Source: Oscillospiraceae bacterium
GTDB taxonomy: Bacteria > Bacillota > Clostridia > Oscillospirales > Oscillospiraceae
Length of the DNA stretch: 64,000 nucleotides
Reading direction: 5' to 3'
Assembly: GCA_017522015.1 (NCBI GenBank)
Contig: JAFXAW010000027.1
Location: 36,062 to 100,061 of the forward strand
The stretch's first letter is position 1; each line of letters starts with the position of its first letter. The translations under genes and the position numbers were made by a program. Of this stretch, positions 37,722-46,553 are shown piece after piece. A model generated the notes under the pieces. It was not told the DNA's origin. It searched no databases and worked only from the letters and a program-made list of their open reading frames with translations.

Positions 37722-37762
37722 CGGGAAAAGAAAGAGACGGACACAAGCTGCGCCCGCCTCTC
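37722..37762 (-). terminator. probable terminator of putP
   Basis: On the minus strand, GAGGCGG pairs with CCGTCTC (7 bp, one G-U), followed by TTTCTTTTCC. Confidence 0.5.
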
Positions 37763-37856
37763 CTTTGGGAAAATCACATGGAAAATCAAACTGTTCAATA
37801 TAAGTTGTTCAACTCACATTCGCTGTGGATACACTTTCCGTGACACCGGTGGACAA

Positions 37857-39425
37857 TCAGCCCTCCTGCACGTTTCCGCTGCGCACAGCTTCGAAATCTT
37901 CCTCAATCTCCTTGGACGGCTTGCGGGTGATCAGCGAGACAACCACGATGCACAGTGCAGAGAAGATGAAGGCCGGCAGAAGCTCGTAGATGCCGAAGAC
38001 ACCGCCGATGGGCTTGAGAACCAGCTTCCACAGGAAGACCATTCCGGCGCCGCCGACCATACCGGCGATAGCACCCGCGCGGGTGGTGCGCTTCCAGAAC
38101 AGGGAGAAGAGCATCAGCGGACCGAAGGTGGCGCCGAAGCCCGCCCAGGCAAAGGACACGATGGTGAAGATGACGCTGTTCTCATCCAGCGCAATGACGA
38201 TGGCGATGATCGCAATCACCAGCAGCGTGATACGGGAAATGGTCATAACCTGCTTGTCGCTGGCGTTCTTCTTCGCAACGCCCTGGAAAATGTTCTTGGC
38301 AAAGGCAGAAGCGGCAATGAGCAGATAGGAATCCGAGGAGCTGATCGTCGCAGCCAGGATGCCCGCCATCACAAAGCCGGCCAGAATGGGAGGCAGGAAG
38401 CTTGTGGACAGCGTGATGAAAATGTTCTCGGCGGAAGCATTGGTCAAATGCGCCGTGGGGAACAGATGACGGCCCATAATGCCGATGAACACGGCCACGG
38501 CCAGCGAGATCACGACCCAGATGGTGGCAACGCGGCGGGAGAGCTTAAGCTCGCCTTCCTTGCGGATGGCCATGAAGCGCAGCAGCACCTGCGGCATGCC
38601 GAAATATCCAAGGCCCCACGCCAGCATGGAGAAAACGCTCAGTGCGCCATAGGGCTTTGCTGCGCCGAACAGGGGTGTGCCGTTTTCAATGACCTGCAGC
38701 CCATCCGCGCCCAAAGTGGGGTTGCCCAGGCCGAAGAACTCAAAAAAGCCGGGGATGGAGTTGGCGTTGTCCATAACGGCACCTATGCCGCCGGCATTGA
38801 CAAGACCAACGATGACGATAACGCCAAGTGCAAGGAACATGACAATGCCCTGCATGAAGTCAGAAGCACTCTCAGCCAAAAATCCGCCAAGCAGTGTATA
38901 CAGCAGCACGAACACCGCGCCCACAATCAGCATACTCTTGTAGTTCATGCCAAAGAGCGTGGAGAAAAGCTTGCCGCAGGTGACAAAGCAGCTGGAAGCA
39001 TACACGGTGAAGAAAATCAGGATAAAGACAGCAGCAATGGTGCTGATGACCTTCTTATTCTCACGGAAGCGGTTGGAGAAGAACTCCGGCAGTGTGATGG
39101 AGTTGTTGGCTCGAACACTGTAACGCCGCAGACGCTTGGAAACGATCAGCCAGTTGAGATAGGTGCCAACGGCAAGACCGACGGCCGTCCACAAAGCGTC
39201 GGCCAGTCCGCACCAATAGGCCAGACCGGGTAGGCCCATGAGCAGCCAACCACTCATATCCGAGGCTTCGGCGCTCAGCGCCGTGACCCAGGGGCCAAGA
39301 CTGCGTCCACCAAGGAAGTAGTTCTCAGTGCTTGCATTGGCCCGCTTCGCATACACGAGTCCAATGATGATTACGACTGCCATGTAAATAATCATGGCGA
39401 TGAGAATCTGCAGGGAATCCGACAT
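37857..39425 (-). CDS. putP: sodium:proline symporter (SSF family)
   Basis: ORF 37857-39434(-). ATG 39425 lies 8 nt after GGAG. The sequence closely resembles PutP-type SSS transporters (YFLGGRSLGPWVTALSAEASDMSGWLLMGLPG). Confidence 0.88.
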   Translation of the reverse strand: MSDSLQILIAMIIYMAVVIIIGLVYAKRANASTENYFLGGRSLGPWVTALSAEASDMSGWLLMGLPGLAYWCGLADALWTAVGLAVGTYLNWLIVSKRLRRYSVRANNSITLPEFFSNRFRENKKVISTIAAVFILIFFTVYASSCFVTCGKLFSTLFGMNYKSMLIVGAVFVLLYTLLGGFLAESASDFMQGIVMFLALGVIVIVGLVNAGGIGAVMDNANSIPGFFEFFGLGNPTLGADGLQVIENGTPLFGAAKPYGALSVFSMLAWGLGYFGMPQVLLRFMAIRKEGELKLSRRVATIWVVISLAVAVFIGIMGRHLFPTAHLTNASAENIFITLSTSFLPPILAGFVMAGILAATISSSDSYLLIAASAFAKNIFQGVAKKNASDKQVMTISRITLLVIAIIAIVIALDENSVIFTIVSFAWAGFGATFGPLMLFSLFWKRTTRAGAIAGMVGGAGMVFLWKLVLKPIGGVFGIYELLPAFIFSALCIVVVSLITRKPSKEIEEDFEAVRSGNVQEG

Positions 39426-39573
39426 TTTGCTCACTCCAATTATAATGATTGAATTGCTTGCTTTGAATTTACTCTTGCATTAATGATTTTTATGCTTTCC
39501 ATCACTTGATTTTATGGATTGGCTGTATTATAATAGATGCGAAAGCAAATTGCAATAGGGAGATTCGTATAAA

Positions 39574-40455
39574 ATGAACGCATCAAAATATGAAGTATTC
39601 ATAAAAGTAGCCGAACTCGGCGGTCTGACGCGCGCTGCAACGGCGCTTGGCTGCACACAATCCAACGTCAGCCACATCATCAATGCGCTGGAGGAGGAAT
39701 TCGGCTTTCCCCTGTTCACACGCGGGCGCGGCGGCGCGAAACTCACGCCGGACGGTCAGCGCGTGTTGCCGGCTGTCCGTGCCGTCGTGGCCAGCACGGA
39801 GCGTCTGTCACAGACAGTAGCGGCGCTGCGGGGGTTGGACTCCGGTTCCGTGCGCATCGGGGCTTTTTCCAGCGTTGCAGTACATTGGCTGCCCGGGATG
39901 ATCAAGGCTTTTACAGAAGATTATCCAAACATCGAGATCGGCCTGTCCAACGGGGACTATCACGACGTGGAACAATGGCTGTCGGACGGAAGCATCGACC
40001 TCGGTTTTGTAACGCTGCCCTGTACGGTGGAATGCAATTGCATCCCGCTGCTTGAGGATCGACTCCTGCTCGTCGTGCCGAAGACGCACCGCCTCGCGGG
40101 GCGATCGGAATGTCCGATCACAGAGCTGGAGGGCGAAAACTTCATCAGCCTGCTTGAAAACTCCGATCAGGACATGCGCAAGGTGCTTCTGCGTGCGGGC
40201 GTGAACGCGAACATCCGCTACGTGACCAAGGACGACTATGCCATGATCGCCATGGTGGAAAACGGGCTGGGCGTGAGCATCATGCCGGAGCTGCTGCTGC
40301 GCGGCAGAACGGCAGAAGTCAGCGTCGTGCCGCTGGAGAGCCATCCGACTCGTACAATCGCGCTGGCAGTTCCGGATGTCTCGGCTGAGTCACCCTGCGC
40401 GAGCCGCTTTGCAGAATATGTGCAAAAGTGGGTCGCAGAGAAAGGCAAACCGTAA
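39574..40455 (+). CDS. LysR family transcriptional regulator
   Basis: 293 aa. The N-terminal HTH is FIKVAELGGLTRAATALGCTQSNVSHIINALEEEFG. It is divergent from putP. Confidence 0.9.
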   Translation: MNASKYEVFIKVAELGGLTRAATALGCTQSNVSHIINALEEEFGFPLFTRGRGGAKLTPDGQRVLPAVRAVVASTERLSQTVAALRGLDSGSVRIGAFSSVAVHWLPGMIKAFTEDYPNIEIGLSNGDYHDVEQWLSDGSIDLGFVTLPCTVECNCIPLLEDRLLLVVPKTHRLAGRSECPITELEGENFISLLENSDQDMRKVLLRAGVNANIRYVTKDDYAMIAMVENGLGVSIMPELLLRGRTAEVSVVPLESHPTRTIALAVPDVSAESPCASRFAEYVQKWVAEKGKP

Positions 40456-40501
40456 TGTTATCCGACGCAGATTTGCACCACGCAGAAATTCAGCTTTGCA
40501 T

Positions 40502-40527
40502 AAAAGCCCCGTGAATCGGGGCTTTTG
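40502..40527 (+). terminator. intrinsic terminator
   Basis: AAAAGCCCCG pairs with CGGGGCTTTT around a 5-nt loop. Confidence 0.85.
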
Positions 40528-40676
40528 CATCGGTTAAGTCAACTTGTGCAAGAATCCCCTGCTCCCCGCTTTCATGCCGCAGAGGAAAAATTGTTTTTCA
40601 ATTTACACAAAAGCGGCGGTATTCTGCGGCAAAAAATCACGCAAATCGACTTTTTTCAAAACCTGCGAAATTTGGC

Positions 40677-40705
40677 TTGACAAGTGCGGAGGGATATTGT
40701 ACAAT
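40677..40705 (+). promoter_or_regulatory. strong sigma-70 promoter for the tRNA pair
   Basis: Consensus TTGACA (40677-40682), a 17-nt spacer ending in TG, then TACAAT (40700-40705). An A/T-rich UP-like tract lies upstream, and the tRNA starts 14 nt downstream. Confidence 0.7.
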
Positions 40706-40718
40706 GGCAAAGCTGTGT

Positions 40719-40795
40719 GGCTCAGTAGTTCAGTTGGTTAGAACGCCAGCCTGTCACGCTGGAGGTCGACGGTTCGAGCCCGTTCTGAGTCGCCA
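40719..40795 (+). tRNA. tRNA-Asp (anticodon GUC), CCA encoded
   Basis: I folded the cloverleaf by hand: acceptor GGCTCAG/CTGAGTC, anticodon loop CTGTCAC, T-loop TTCGAGC. Confidence 0.96.
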
Positions 40796-40798
40796 TTT

Positions 40799-40874
<76 letters not shown>

Positions 40875-40909
40875 AACCCTTGAAACGCTTTGCGTTTCAA
40901 GGGTTTTTC
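40875..40909 (+). terminator. intrinsic terminator after the tRNA pair
   Basis: CCCTTGAAACGC pairs with GCGTTTCAAGGG, followed by TTTTT. Confidence 0.85.
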
Positions 40910-41113
40910 TTTGTTTTGAATTAAACACAGACCTCATCCTTTTTGCTGAATTTCTGTGTGGAATGAGGCCTGTTCATAGGCTAAGACAGCTTTCCAGAAT
41001 GGATAATTGTATTTTCAAAAGCGGTATGCTATCATACTCCCATAATGAAGCTTTGCCATTATCTGCGCAGCTTCGGCGCGCACTTTTTAATTATACGGAA
41101 AGAAGGAACACAA

Positions 41114-41800
41114 ATGAAAAAGACATTAATTCTGCTCTTGGCTCTTGTGCTGTGCCTTTCCCTGTGTGCCTGCGGTGGTAACGATGACGAAGCGTTCAAC
41201 ACGTCCCGGGAAGCATTCACAAAGATCACGAAAGCATACGCAATGCTCAACGAGTATTCTCAGGACATATACACTGCCTGGTACCTTGGCGTGCATAATC
41301 CCGGAGGTTTTGATGGGTACAAAGGATATGACTATCAGAAATACAACCGAAAAGAGTTTGATGGTTTTTGCGATAAGATGAACATTGACCGAACGTACAT
41401 AGAAGAATCTGTTGTGAAGCTCAGCAACGCAGAAACGTTTAATACCGGATCTTGGTATGCCCTTGGCGATCTTTATAATGGGTCATTTTATTCTGCTTGG
41501 GTTAGTGTAATCGCAGAAGCATATGCTTACAGCGGTAAAGAGGAAGGCATTTCTTCCCTGCTGAATGATTCGAAGCTAATTATTAAAGCACTGGGCGAGG
41601 AGCATTCTGATTATGAACACTATCCCGTATTGAAGGAATACTTCACGAATGCCTTGGAATATTTTGACTTCTGCCAGAACCCGGAGGGCTCACTTGAACA
41701 GGTTGAGGAATTATTCAAAGATTTCCAAGATGTTGAAAGAGAATGTTTCTATGACCTGAATTATGTGTTCGAGGACAGCAGTTCTGAAGCTGAATCATAA
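41114..41800 (+). CDS. hypothetical lipoprotein
   Basis: ORF 41045-41800. The real start is ATG 41114, MKKTLILLLALVLCLSLCAC (lipobox). It is AT-richer than its surroundings. I recognise no family. Confidence 0.75.
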   Translation: MKKTLILLLALVLCLSLCACGGNDDEAFNTSREAFTKITKAYAMLNEYSQDIYTAWYLGVHNPGGFDGYKGYDYQKYNRKEFDGFCDKMNIDRTYIEESVVKLSNAETFNTGSWYALGDLYNGSFYSAWVSVIAEAYAYSGKEEGISSLLNDSKLIIKALGEEHSDYEHYPVLKEYFTNALEYFDFCQNPEGSLEQVEELFKDFQDVERECFYDLNYVFEDSSSEAES

Positions 41801-41804
41801 TGGC

Positions 41805-41836
41805 AAATGGGAAGCCGATCAGGCTTCCCATTTGTT
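41805..41836 (+). terminator. intrinsic terminator
   Basis: AAATGGGAAGCC pairs with GGCTTCCCATTT, followed by GTTGTT. Confidence 0.65.
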
Positions 41837-41953
41837 GTTATCCAAAATATTCATTCGCTATAAAGAGCAAAACATTTTGTCATCTTTTTTATTCCCTTTT
41901 ATCGAAATATGGTATATAATGGCGAAAGCTTATCATTTTCCCGAGGTGTAGAG

Positions 41954-44668
41954 ATGAAAACTCGCTTTTGCCGCATTGTTATATTGCTGCTTGTGCTCTG
42001 CCTGCTTTTGTCGGCCGGGCCGTTTGTCTATGCCGACGGAACCGAGAGCACGCCAGGAATCGGCTCCGGAACAGAATCCGGCGATGGCACAGAGCCCGGT
42101 GGGGGCGGTGACACAGGAAACGAAGACACCCCCGGTAACGGCGGTGATTCCGGCAGCGTTGACGACTCCGGCAATGGAGATGATTCCGGTAACGGGGATG
42201 ACTCCGGCAATGGAGACGATTCCGGTAACGGAGATGACTCCGGTAATGGGGACGATTCCGGCAACGGTGACGATTCCGGTAATGGAGATGACTCCGGCAA
42301 TGGTGATGACTCCGGTAACGGAGACGACTCCGGTAATGGGGACGATTCCGGCAACGGTGACGATTCCGGTAATGGAGATGACTCCGGCAATGGGGATGAC
42401 TCCGGTAACGGAGACGACTCCGGTAACGGAGATGACTCCGGCAATGGGGACGATTCCGGTAATGGAGATGATTCCGGCAACGGTGACGACTCCGATGATG
42501 ACGAAGACGACGAGGACGAAGACGAGGGCGGCGGTTTCTGGTCATGGACCTGGCCGGAATCTGACAAGCCCTATCCAGAAGGCGATGCGCGTTTCGAAGG
42601 CAAAACCTGGGAAGAGATAACGGAAAGATTCTTCGCGAAATGGCAAATCCACCCCGACACCGTTGGCATCGGCTACTATAATACCGTTTCCGGCGAGCTT
42701 CACTACTATAAAGGTGACACCTATCGATACGCAGCGAGTCTCTATAAACTGCCGCTGAATATGCTCTATGGCGAAAAGGTCTACTTGGGCGAGATGACCA
42801 TGGACGATCTGATCGGCTACGTCTCCTACGGCGAAATACAAAAATACAGCATCATACACTCGGACAACCCTCTCAGTGAGCTTCTGCAGGAGCACACCGG
42901 ACACTATGAACAGTACCGCAAAGCAATTGCGCCCTATCTTTGCCCGGATACAGAAGAACTCGACCCAACTTTTCGCTTCACCAACATGTTCACTCCGGAG
43001 CAGATGCTCACCTGCCTGCGAATGCTTTACGACGAGCCGGAGCGATATCCGGATGTGCTGGAATATATGAAACAGGCCGAACCGGAAAACTACTTCGCTT
43101 ACTCGGAGCAGCGATATCCCATTGCACACAAGTACGGTTATTTTGCCGAGGATGGCTACCTGACGCTCAACGATGCGGGCATAATTTATACTGACGATCC
43201 TTTCATCCTTGTGGTGATGTCGGAATGCATGGCCGGCAACATCCGCGCCTTGTCAGAATACTGCTCTCTGATGTGTGACTACACAATGTATCAGAAAGCG
43301 CTGCGGGAGAAAGAGGCGGAAAATCCCAGCGGACAAGTTCCGGATGACAACCCGCCCCAGGCGGAGGGCGCAGTTACCGTATCTCCCACGCCGGAAACAA
43401 ACATCCCCTCTGTAAACCATCCCTCTGACGTGCCGGGAACGGATCTCACGGAAGAGGTAAGCGCTCCCAACCTGCTGCCGACGTACATCCTTGCGGCATT
43501 TATCGCCGTATGTGTCATAGCTGCCATCGCACTTCTCATTTTTGGCAAAAAACGAGGTCATCGCCTTGTCGCCGGAGCTTTGATTCTTGCCAGTTGTGTG
43601 ATCATTCTGATCGTTTTGGATCTGAAGAGAGACAAGGTGGAGACAGATGTTTCCCCCACACCGTCCGTTACGGAGACGGCAACAACCACCCTGAATCCGG
43701 AGAGCACGGTCGATCCGGAACTGATGCCGCCGAAGGCAACGCCATCGCCGGAAGGCGATCTGTTTCTGACCGTTTCGCATATCACCTTCTCCCTTGTTGG
43801 AGAGAGCGAAAACATCTACTGGGGCAGCATTCCGGCAGAGAACGTCATTTGGACAAGTGCGGATGAGAGCATCGTCACAGTGGAAAACGGCCTGCTCACC
43901 GCAGTCGGCGTAGGCGAGACCACCGTTACGGCACAGTTTGGGGAAAAGAGTCTGCGCTGCACCGCCGCCTGTCTGGCGGAGACCGAGGAAGAGCTGTATG
44001 CCCTGCCTGAGGATACGCTCCGCTCCCCAAAACGTATCCCCCTGGTTCCGGAGAATCCACCCGTGGAGTTTTTCGCTGATGCAGCGCTCATGGGTGACTC
44101 TATCACTTACATCCTCATGCAAAACGAGGCTAGACTGAACATCCTGCAGCAACCCGCTTTCATCGTGCGGGGCGGGACAAGCCTGCTGGGTATCGAAAAC
44201 CGCAGCTACAACTTCTCCTACGGTGGCGTGATCATGGATGTGGAAGAGACCGTCGCCGTCTGCGGAAGAAACAAGCTTTTCATCATGCTCGGGCAAAATG
44301 ATCTCGGCTACCGTAGCATTCAGGATACGCTTGCGAGCTATGGCGTAATCGTTTCGCGCATCCGGGAACGGAATCCGGAAGTGGATATCTATATCCAGAC
44401 CGTCGTGCATGAGTGGGCGGGCACTCACGACGACAACTCCCGCAATGAGAAGATCGACGCCTTCACTCCCCTGCTCCGAAACTTTGCCGAGGAAAACGGC
44501 TGCCACTTTGTGGACATTCAGCGCTATATTGTCGATCACACCGGACGGATGGCCAAGCAATACAGCCTTGGCGATCAGATTCATCTCAACGAAGCCGGCT
44601 GTATCGAGTGGATGCACGCGCTGTTGGCCTATGTATATGCGGAAAATATTGGAGGTAAGGAACTGTGA
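41954..44668 (+). CDS. exported multidomain protein: signal peptide, (GNGDDS)x18 acidic repeat, class-A beta-lactamase-like serine hydrolase domain, TM hairpin, Big_2 domain, SGNH/GDSL hydrolase domain
   Basis: ATG 41954 follows GAGGTG. Signal peptide MKTRFCRIVILLLVLCLLLSAGPFVYA. The hydrolase domain has SxxK (ASLYK), SDN (HSDNP) and a KYG triad. Two hydrophobic helices flank GKKRGHR. The Big_2-like segment is VIWTSADESIVTVENGLLTAVGVGETTVTA. The SGNH blocks are GDS (LMGDSI), GQND and DQIHLNEAG. Confidence 0.8.
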   Translation: MKTRFCRIVILLLVLCLLLSAGPFVYADGTESTPGIGSGTESGDGTEPGGGGDTGNEDTPGNGGDSGSVDDSGNGDDSGNGDDSGNGDDSGNGDDSGNGDDSGNGDDSGNGDDSGNGDDSGNGDDSGNGDDSGNGDDSGNGDDSGNGDDSGNGDDSGNGDDSGNGDDSGNGDDSGNGDDSDDDEDDEDEDEGGGFWSWTWPESDKPYPEGDARFEGKTWEEITERFFAKWQIHPDTVGIGYYNTVSGELHYYKGDTYRYAASLYKLPLNMLYGEKVYLGEMTMDDLIGYVSYGEIQKYSIIHSDNPLSELLQEHTGHYEQYRKAIAPYLCPDTEELDPTFRFTNMFTPEQMLTCLRMLYDEPERYPDVLEYMKQAEPENYFAYSEQRYPIAHKYGYFAEDGYLTLNDAGIIYTDDPFILVVMSECMAGNIRALSEYCSLMCDYTMYQKALREKEAENPSGQVPDDNPPQAEGAVTVSPTPETNIPSVNHPSDVPGTDLTEEVSAPNLLPTYILAAFIAVCVIAAIALLIFGKKRGHRLVAGALILASCVIILIVLDLKRDKVETDVSPTPSVTETATTTLNPESTVDPELMPPKATPSPEGDLFLTVSHITFSLVGESENIYWGSIPAENVIWTSADESIVTVENGLLTAVGVGETTVTAQFGEKSLRCTAACLAETEEELYALPEDTLRSPKRIPLVPENPPVEFFADAALMGDSITYILMQNEARLNILQQPAFIVRGGTSLLGIENRSYNFSYGGVIMDVEETVAVCGRNKLFIMLGQNDLGYRSIQDTLASYGVIVSRIRERNPEVDIYIQTVVHEWAGTHDDNSRNEKIDAFTPLLRNFAEENGCHFVDIQRYIVDHTGRMAKQYSLGDQIHLNEAGCIEWMHALLAYVYAENIGGKEL
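42170..42493 (+). repeat. in-frame tandem repeat, 18 units of 18 bp (GNGDDS)
   Basis: I counted it unit by unit. Every unit encodes G-N-G-D-D-S, and the differences are third-position synonymous only. Units 5-9 (42242-42331) and units 10-14 (42332-42421) form a 90-bp duplication with 1 mismatch. Confidence 0.97.
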
Positions 44669-45126
44669 GAAAAATCATCTGCTTTGCGCTTGCGCTCTTT
44701 TGCCTGCTTTGCCTGTGCGCCTGCGGGGAAACAGAGGCCCCGGAAAAGCTTGCGTTGCAGGCGCTTTATGAAGACTTCCTGCCCTCTATGCCCGAAATGC
44801 TGGTCACGGAGGATGCCATGCGGGAGAGTTATCTCGGCGTGAAGAGCGCCGACTGTGCACAGTGCATCTGCGCGATCACCTCCGAGGGGTTGCGCGCAGA
44901 CGAAATATGGCTGATCGAAGCCGTTGATGCCGAGGCACTTGCGCGTCTGCTCACACTGGCTGAAAACCGCCTTGCAGCCAAGAAGGAAGAAACCAGCTTC
45001 TACTCCCCCGACCAGTTTGCCATCTGCGAGGACGGTAGGATCATTTCCTCGGGGCTTTATATGGCCTTGATCGTTTCACCAGAGGCCGATACGCTTGAAA
45101 AAGCGTTCAGAGATGCTGCGGAGTAA
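44665..45126 (+). CDS. DUF4358-like lipoprotein
   Basis: GTG 44665 overlaps the upstream stop (GTGA). MRKIICFALALFCLLCLCAC (lipobox). The body resembles DUF4358 proteins, by recollection. Confidence 0.7.
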   Translation: MRKIICFALALFCLLCLCACGETEAPEKLALQALYEDFLPSMPEMLVTEDAMRESYLGVKSADCAQCICAITSEGLRADEIWLIEAVDAEALARLLTLAENRLAAKKEETSFYSPDQFAICEDGRIISSGLYMALIVSPEADTLEKAFRDAAE

Positions 45127-45142
45127 AGAAAGAACAACAAAT

Positions 45143-45179
45143 AAGTGCAGCCGGATGTATCTACCGGCTGCACTTTTTA
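45143..45179. terminator. bidirectional intrinsic terminator
   Basis: AAGTGCAGCCGG pairs with CCGGCTGCACTT, flanked by an A-run and a T-run. It lies between convergent genes. Confidence 0.85.
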
Positions 45180-45187
45180 TTGCTTTG

Positions 45188-45559
45188 TTATTCCTTGACC
45201 ACTTCGGCTTCAGGTGCATTCTTGCGGATGCTCTCAATGCCGTTGAGGCAGGATGCCTTGGCCTTGTATCCCTCGCCGACCGCGATGATCTCACCATTGC
45301 GGGCCTTCAGGCGGAAGCGATACTCACCGGCTTTGTCGGTATAAACTTCAAACTTCGGATTTGTAACGGTCTCAAACCCTGCCACAGTCTGATCCTCAAG
45401 CTTAGCTGCAACAGCGTTCTTCCGCACACTCTCAACACCCGCAAGGCAAGTTGCTTCGGAAGAATAGTTCTCGCTTGTGGCAATCACTTCGCCGTTACCG
45501 GCCTTCAGATTAAAGACATAAGCGCCGCTCTTCGTGGTCTTGACAACAAATTTTCCCAT
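45188..45559 (-). CDS. yegP: YegP family protein (two DUF1508 repeats)
   Basis: 123 aa. An internal duplication is visible: KSGAYVFNLKAGNGEVIATSENY and KAGEYRFRLKARNGEIIAVGEGY. Confidence 0.88.
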   Translation of the reverse strand: MGKFVVKTTKSGAYVFNLKAGNGEVIATSENYSSEATCLAGVESVRKNAVAAKLEDQTVAGFETVTNPKFEVYTDKAGEYRFRLKARNGEIIAVGEGYKAKASCLNGIESIRKNAPEAEVVKE

Positions 45560-45809
45560 AAAAACACTCCTTTTTGAAATAATTTTGGTGGCTATGATAA
45601 CAATATATCAATTATAGCCGGAATGCGCAAGCTCAAATAAGCCCCCGAATCTAAATCTTTCGTGCTAGCTTATGCTCGAAAATGAGCAGGTCTTGCATTT
45701 TGTCGGTAGAGTGCGTAAAATTAATGCTGAACTGTGTCTCAAATCGATAATCGCATATTGAGACACGAATCTGCACAGTGCGTTTTACCTTAGCAGGAGG
45801 TACTTGAAT

Positions 45810-46508
45810 ATGGCAGACGAAATTTTGATGCGCGTAATCGCGCACATCCGCAGTCCGTATCCGGAGAAATTCGGCATCCCGCGTCAAAGCGGGCTTGTTG
45901 AAACTGCGGAAGCACAGATCATTTTTCTGCCGGAATACCGCGATGCGGAGGCGCTGCGGGGAATCGAGGGCTTCTCGCATCTCTGGCTGCTGTGGCAGTT
46001 CTCCGCAAACCGAAAAACCGGTTTTCAGCCCACCGTGCGGCCGCCGCGTCTTGGCGGCAACCGCCGCATGGGCGTTTTTGCAACACGCTCACCCTATCGG
46101 CCGAGTCCCATCGGCCTGTCCGCTGTGCGACTGCTTGGCGTAGAGCACAGCAGTGAAAACGGAATCATACTGCGTGTGTCAGGCGCCGACCTCATGGACG
46201 GAACACCGATCCTGGACATCAAACCCTATCTCCCCTATGCAGACTGCATTCCGGAGGCAAAGGGCGGTTTTGCCACCAACAGGCCCGATGCCGCACTCCG
46301 CGTCCATCTGCCGGAAAGCATAAGCGGCACGCTATCCGAAGATATACGTGCCGCTCTGACAGACGTGTTGGCGCAAGATCCGCGTCCGCGGTATCAACAT
46401 GATCCCGCGCGCGTTTACAGCCTGCGTTTTGCCGGATATGAGGTGCGCTTCACGGTTGAAGACGATCTTCTGACCGTACAAACGGTAGAGCCGGAAAAAG
46501 AGAATTAG
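45810..46508 (+). CDS. trmO: tRNA (t6A37-N6)-methyltransferase TrmO (YaeB family)
   Basis: ATG 45810 lies 9 nt after AGGAGG. RSPYPEKFGIPRQSG, and DLMDGTPILDIKPY resembling the TsaA/YaeB family. Confidence 0.88.
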   Translation: MADEILMRVIAHIRSPYPEKFGIPRQSGLVETAEAQIIFLPEYRDAEALRGIEGFSHLWLLWQFSANRKTGFQPTVRPPRLGGNRRMGVFATRSPYRPSPIGLSAVRLLGVEHSSENGIILRVSGADLMDGTPILDIKPYLPYADCIPEAKGGFATNRPDAALRVHLPESISGTLSEDIRAALTDVLAQDPRPRYQHDPARVYSLRFAGYEVRFTVEDDLLTVQTVEPEKEN

Positions 46509-46553
46509 TCCACATATACGCGGGTTTCGCGCATATGCATCCGGCCTGTGTGT

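Noticed and set aside
42170-42493. A regular 18-bp repeat array that could superficially be mistaken for a CRISPR or other non-coding array.
   Set aside because: The units are contiguous with no spacers and are in frame inside a long ORF. All encode the same hexapeptide. No cas genes are present in the window.
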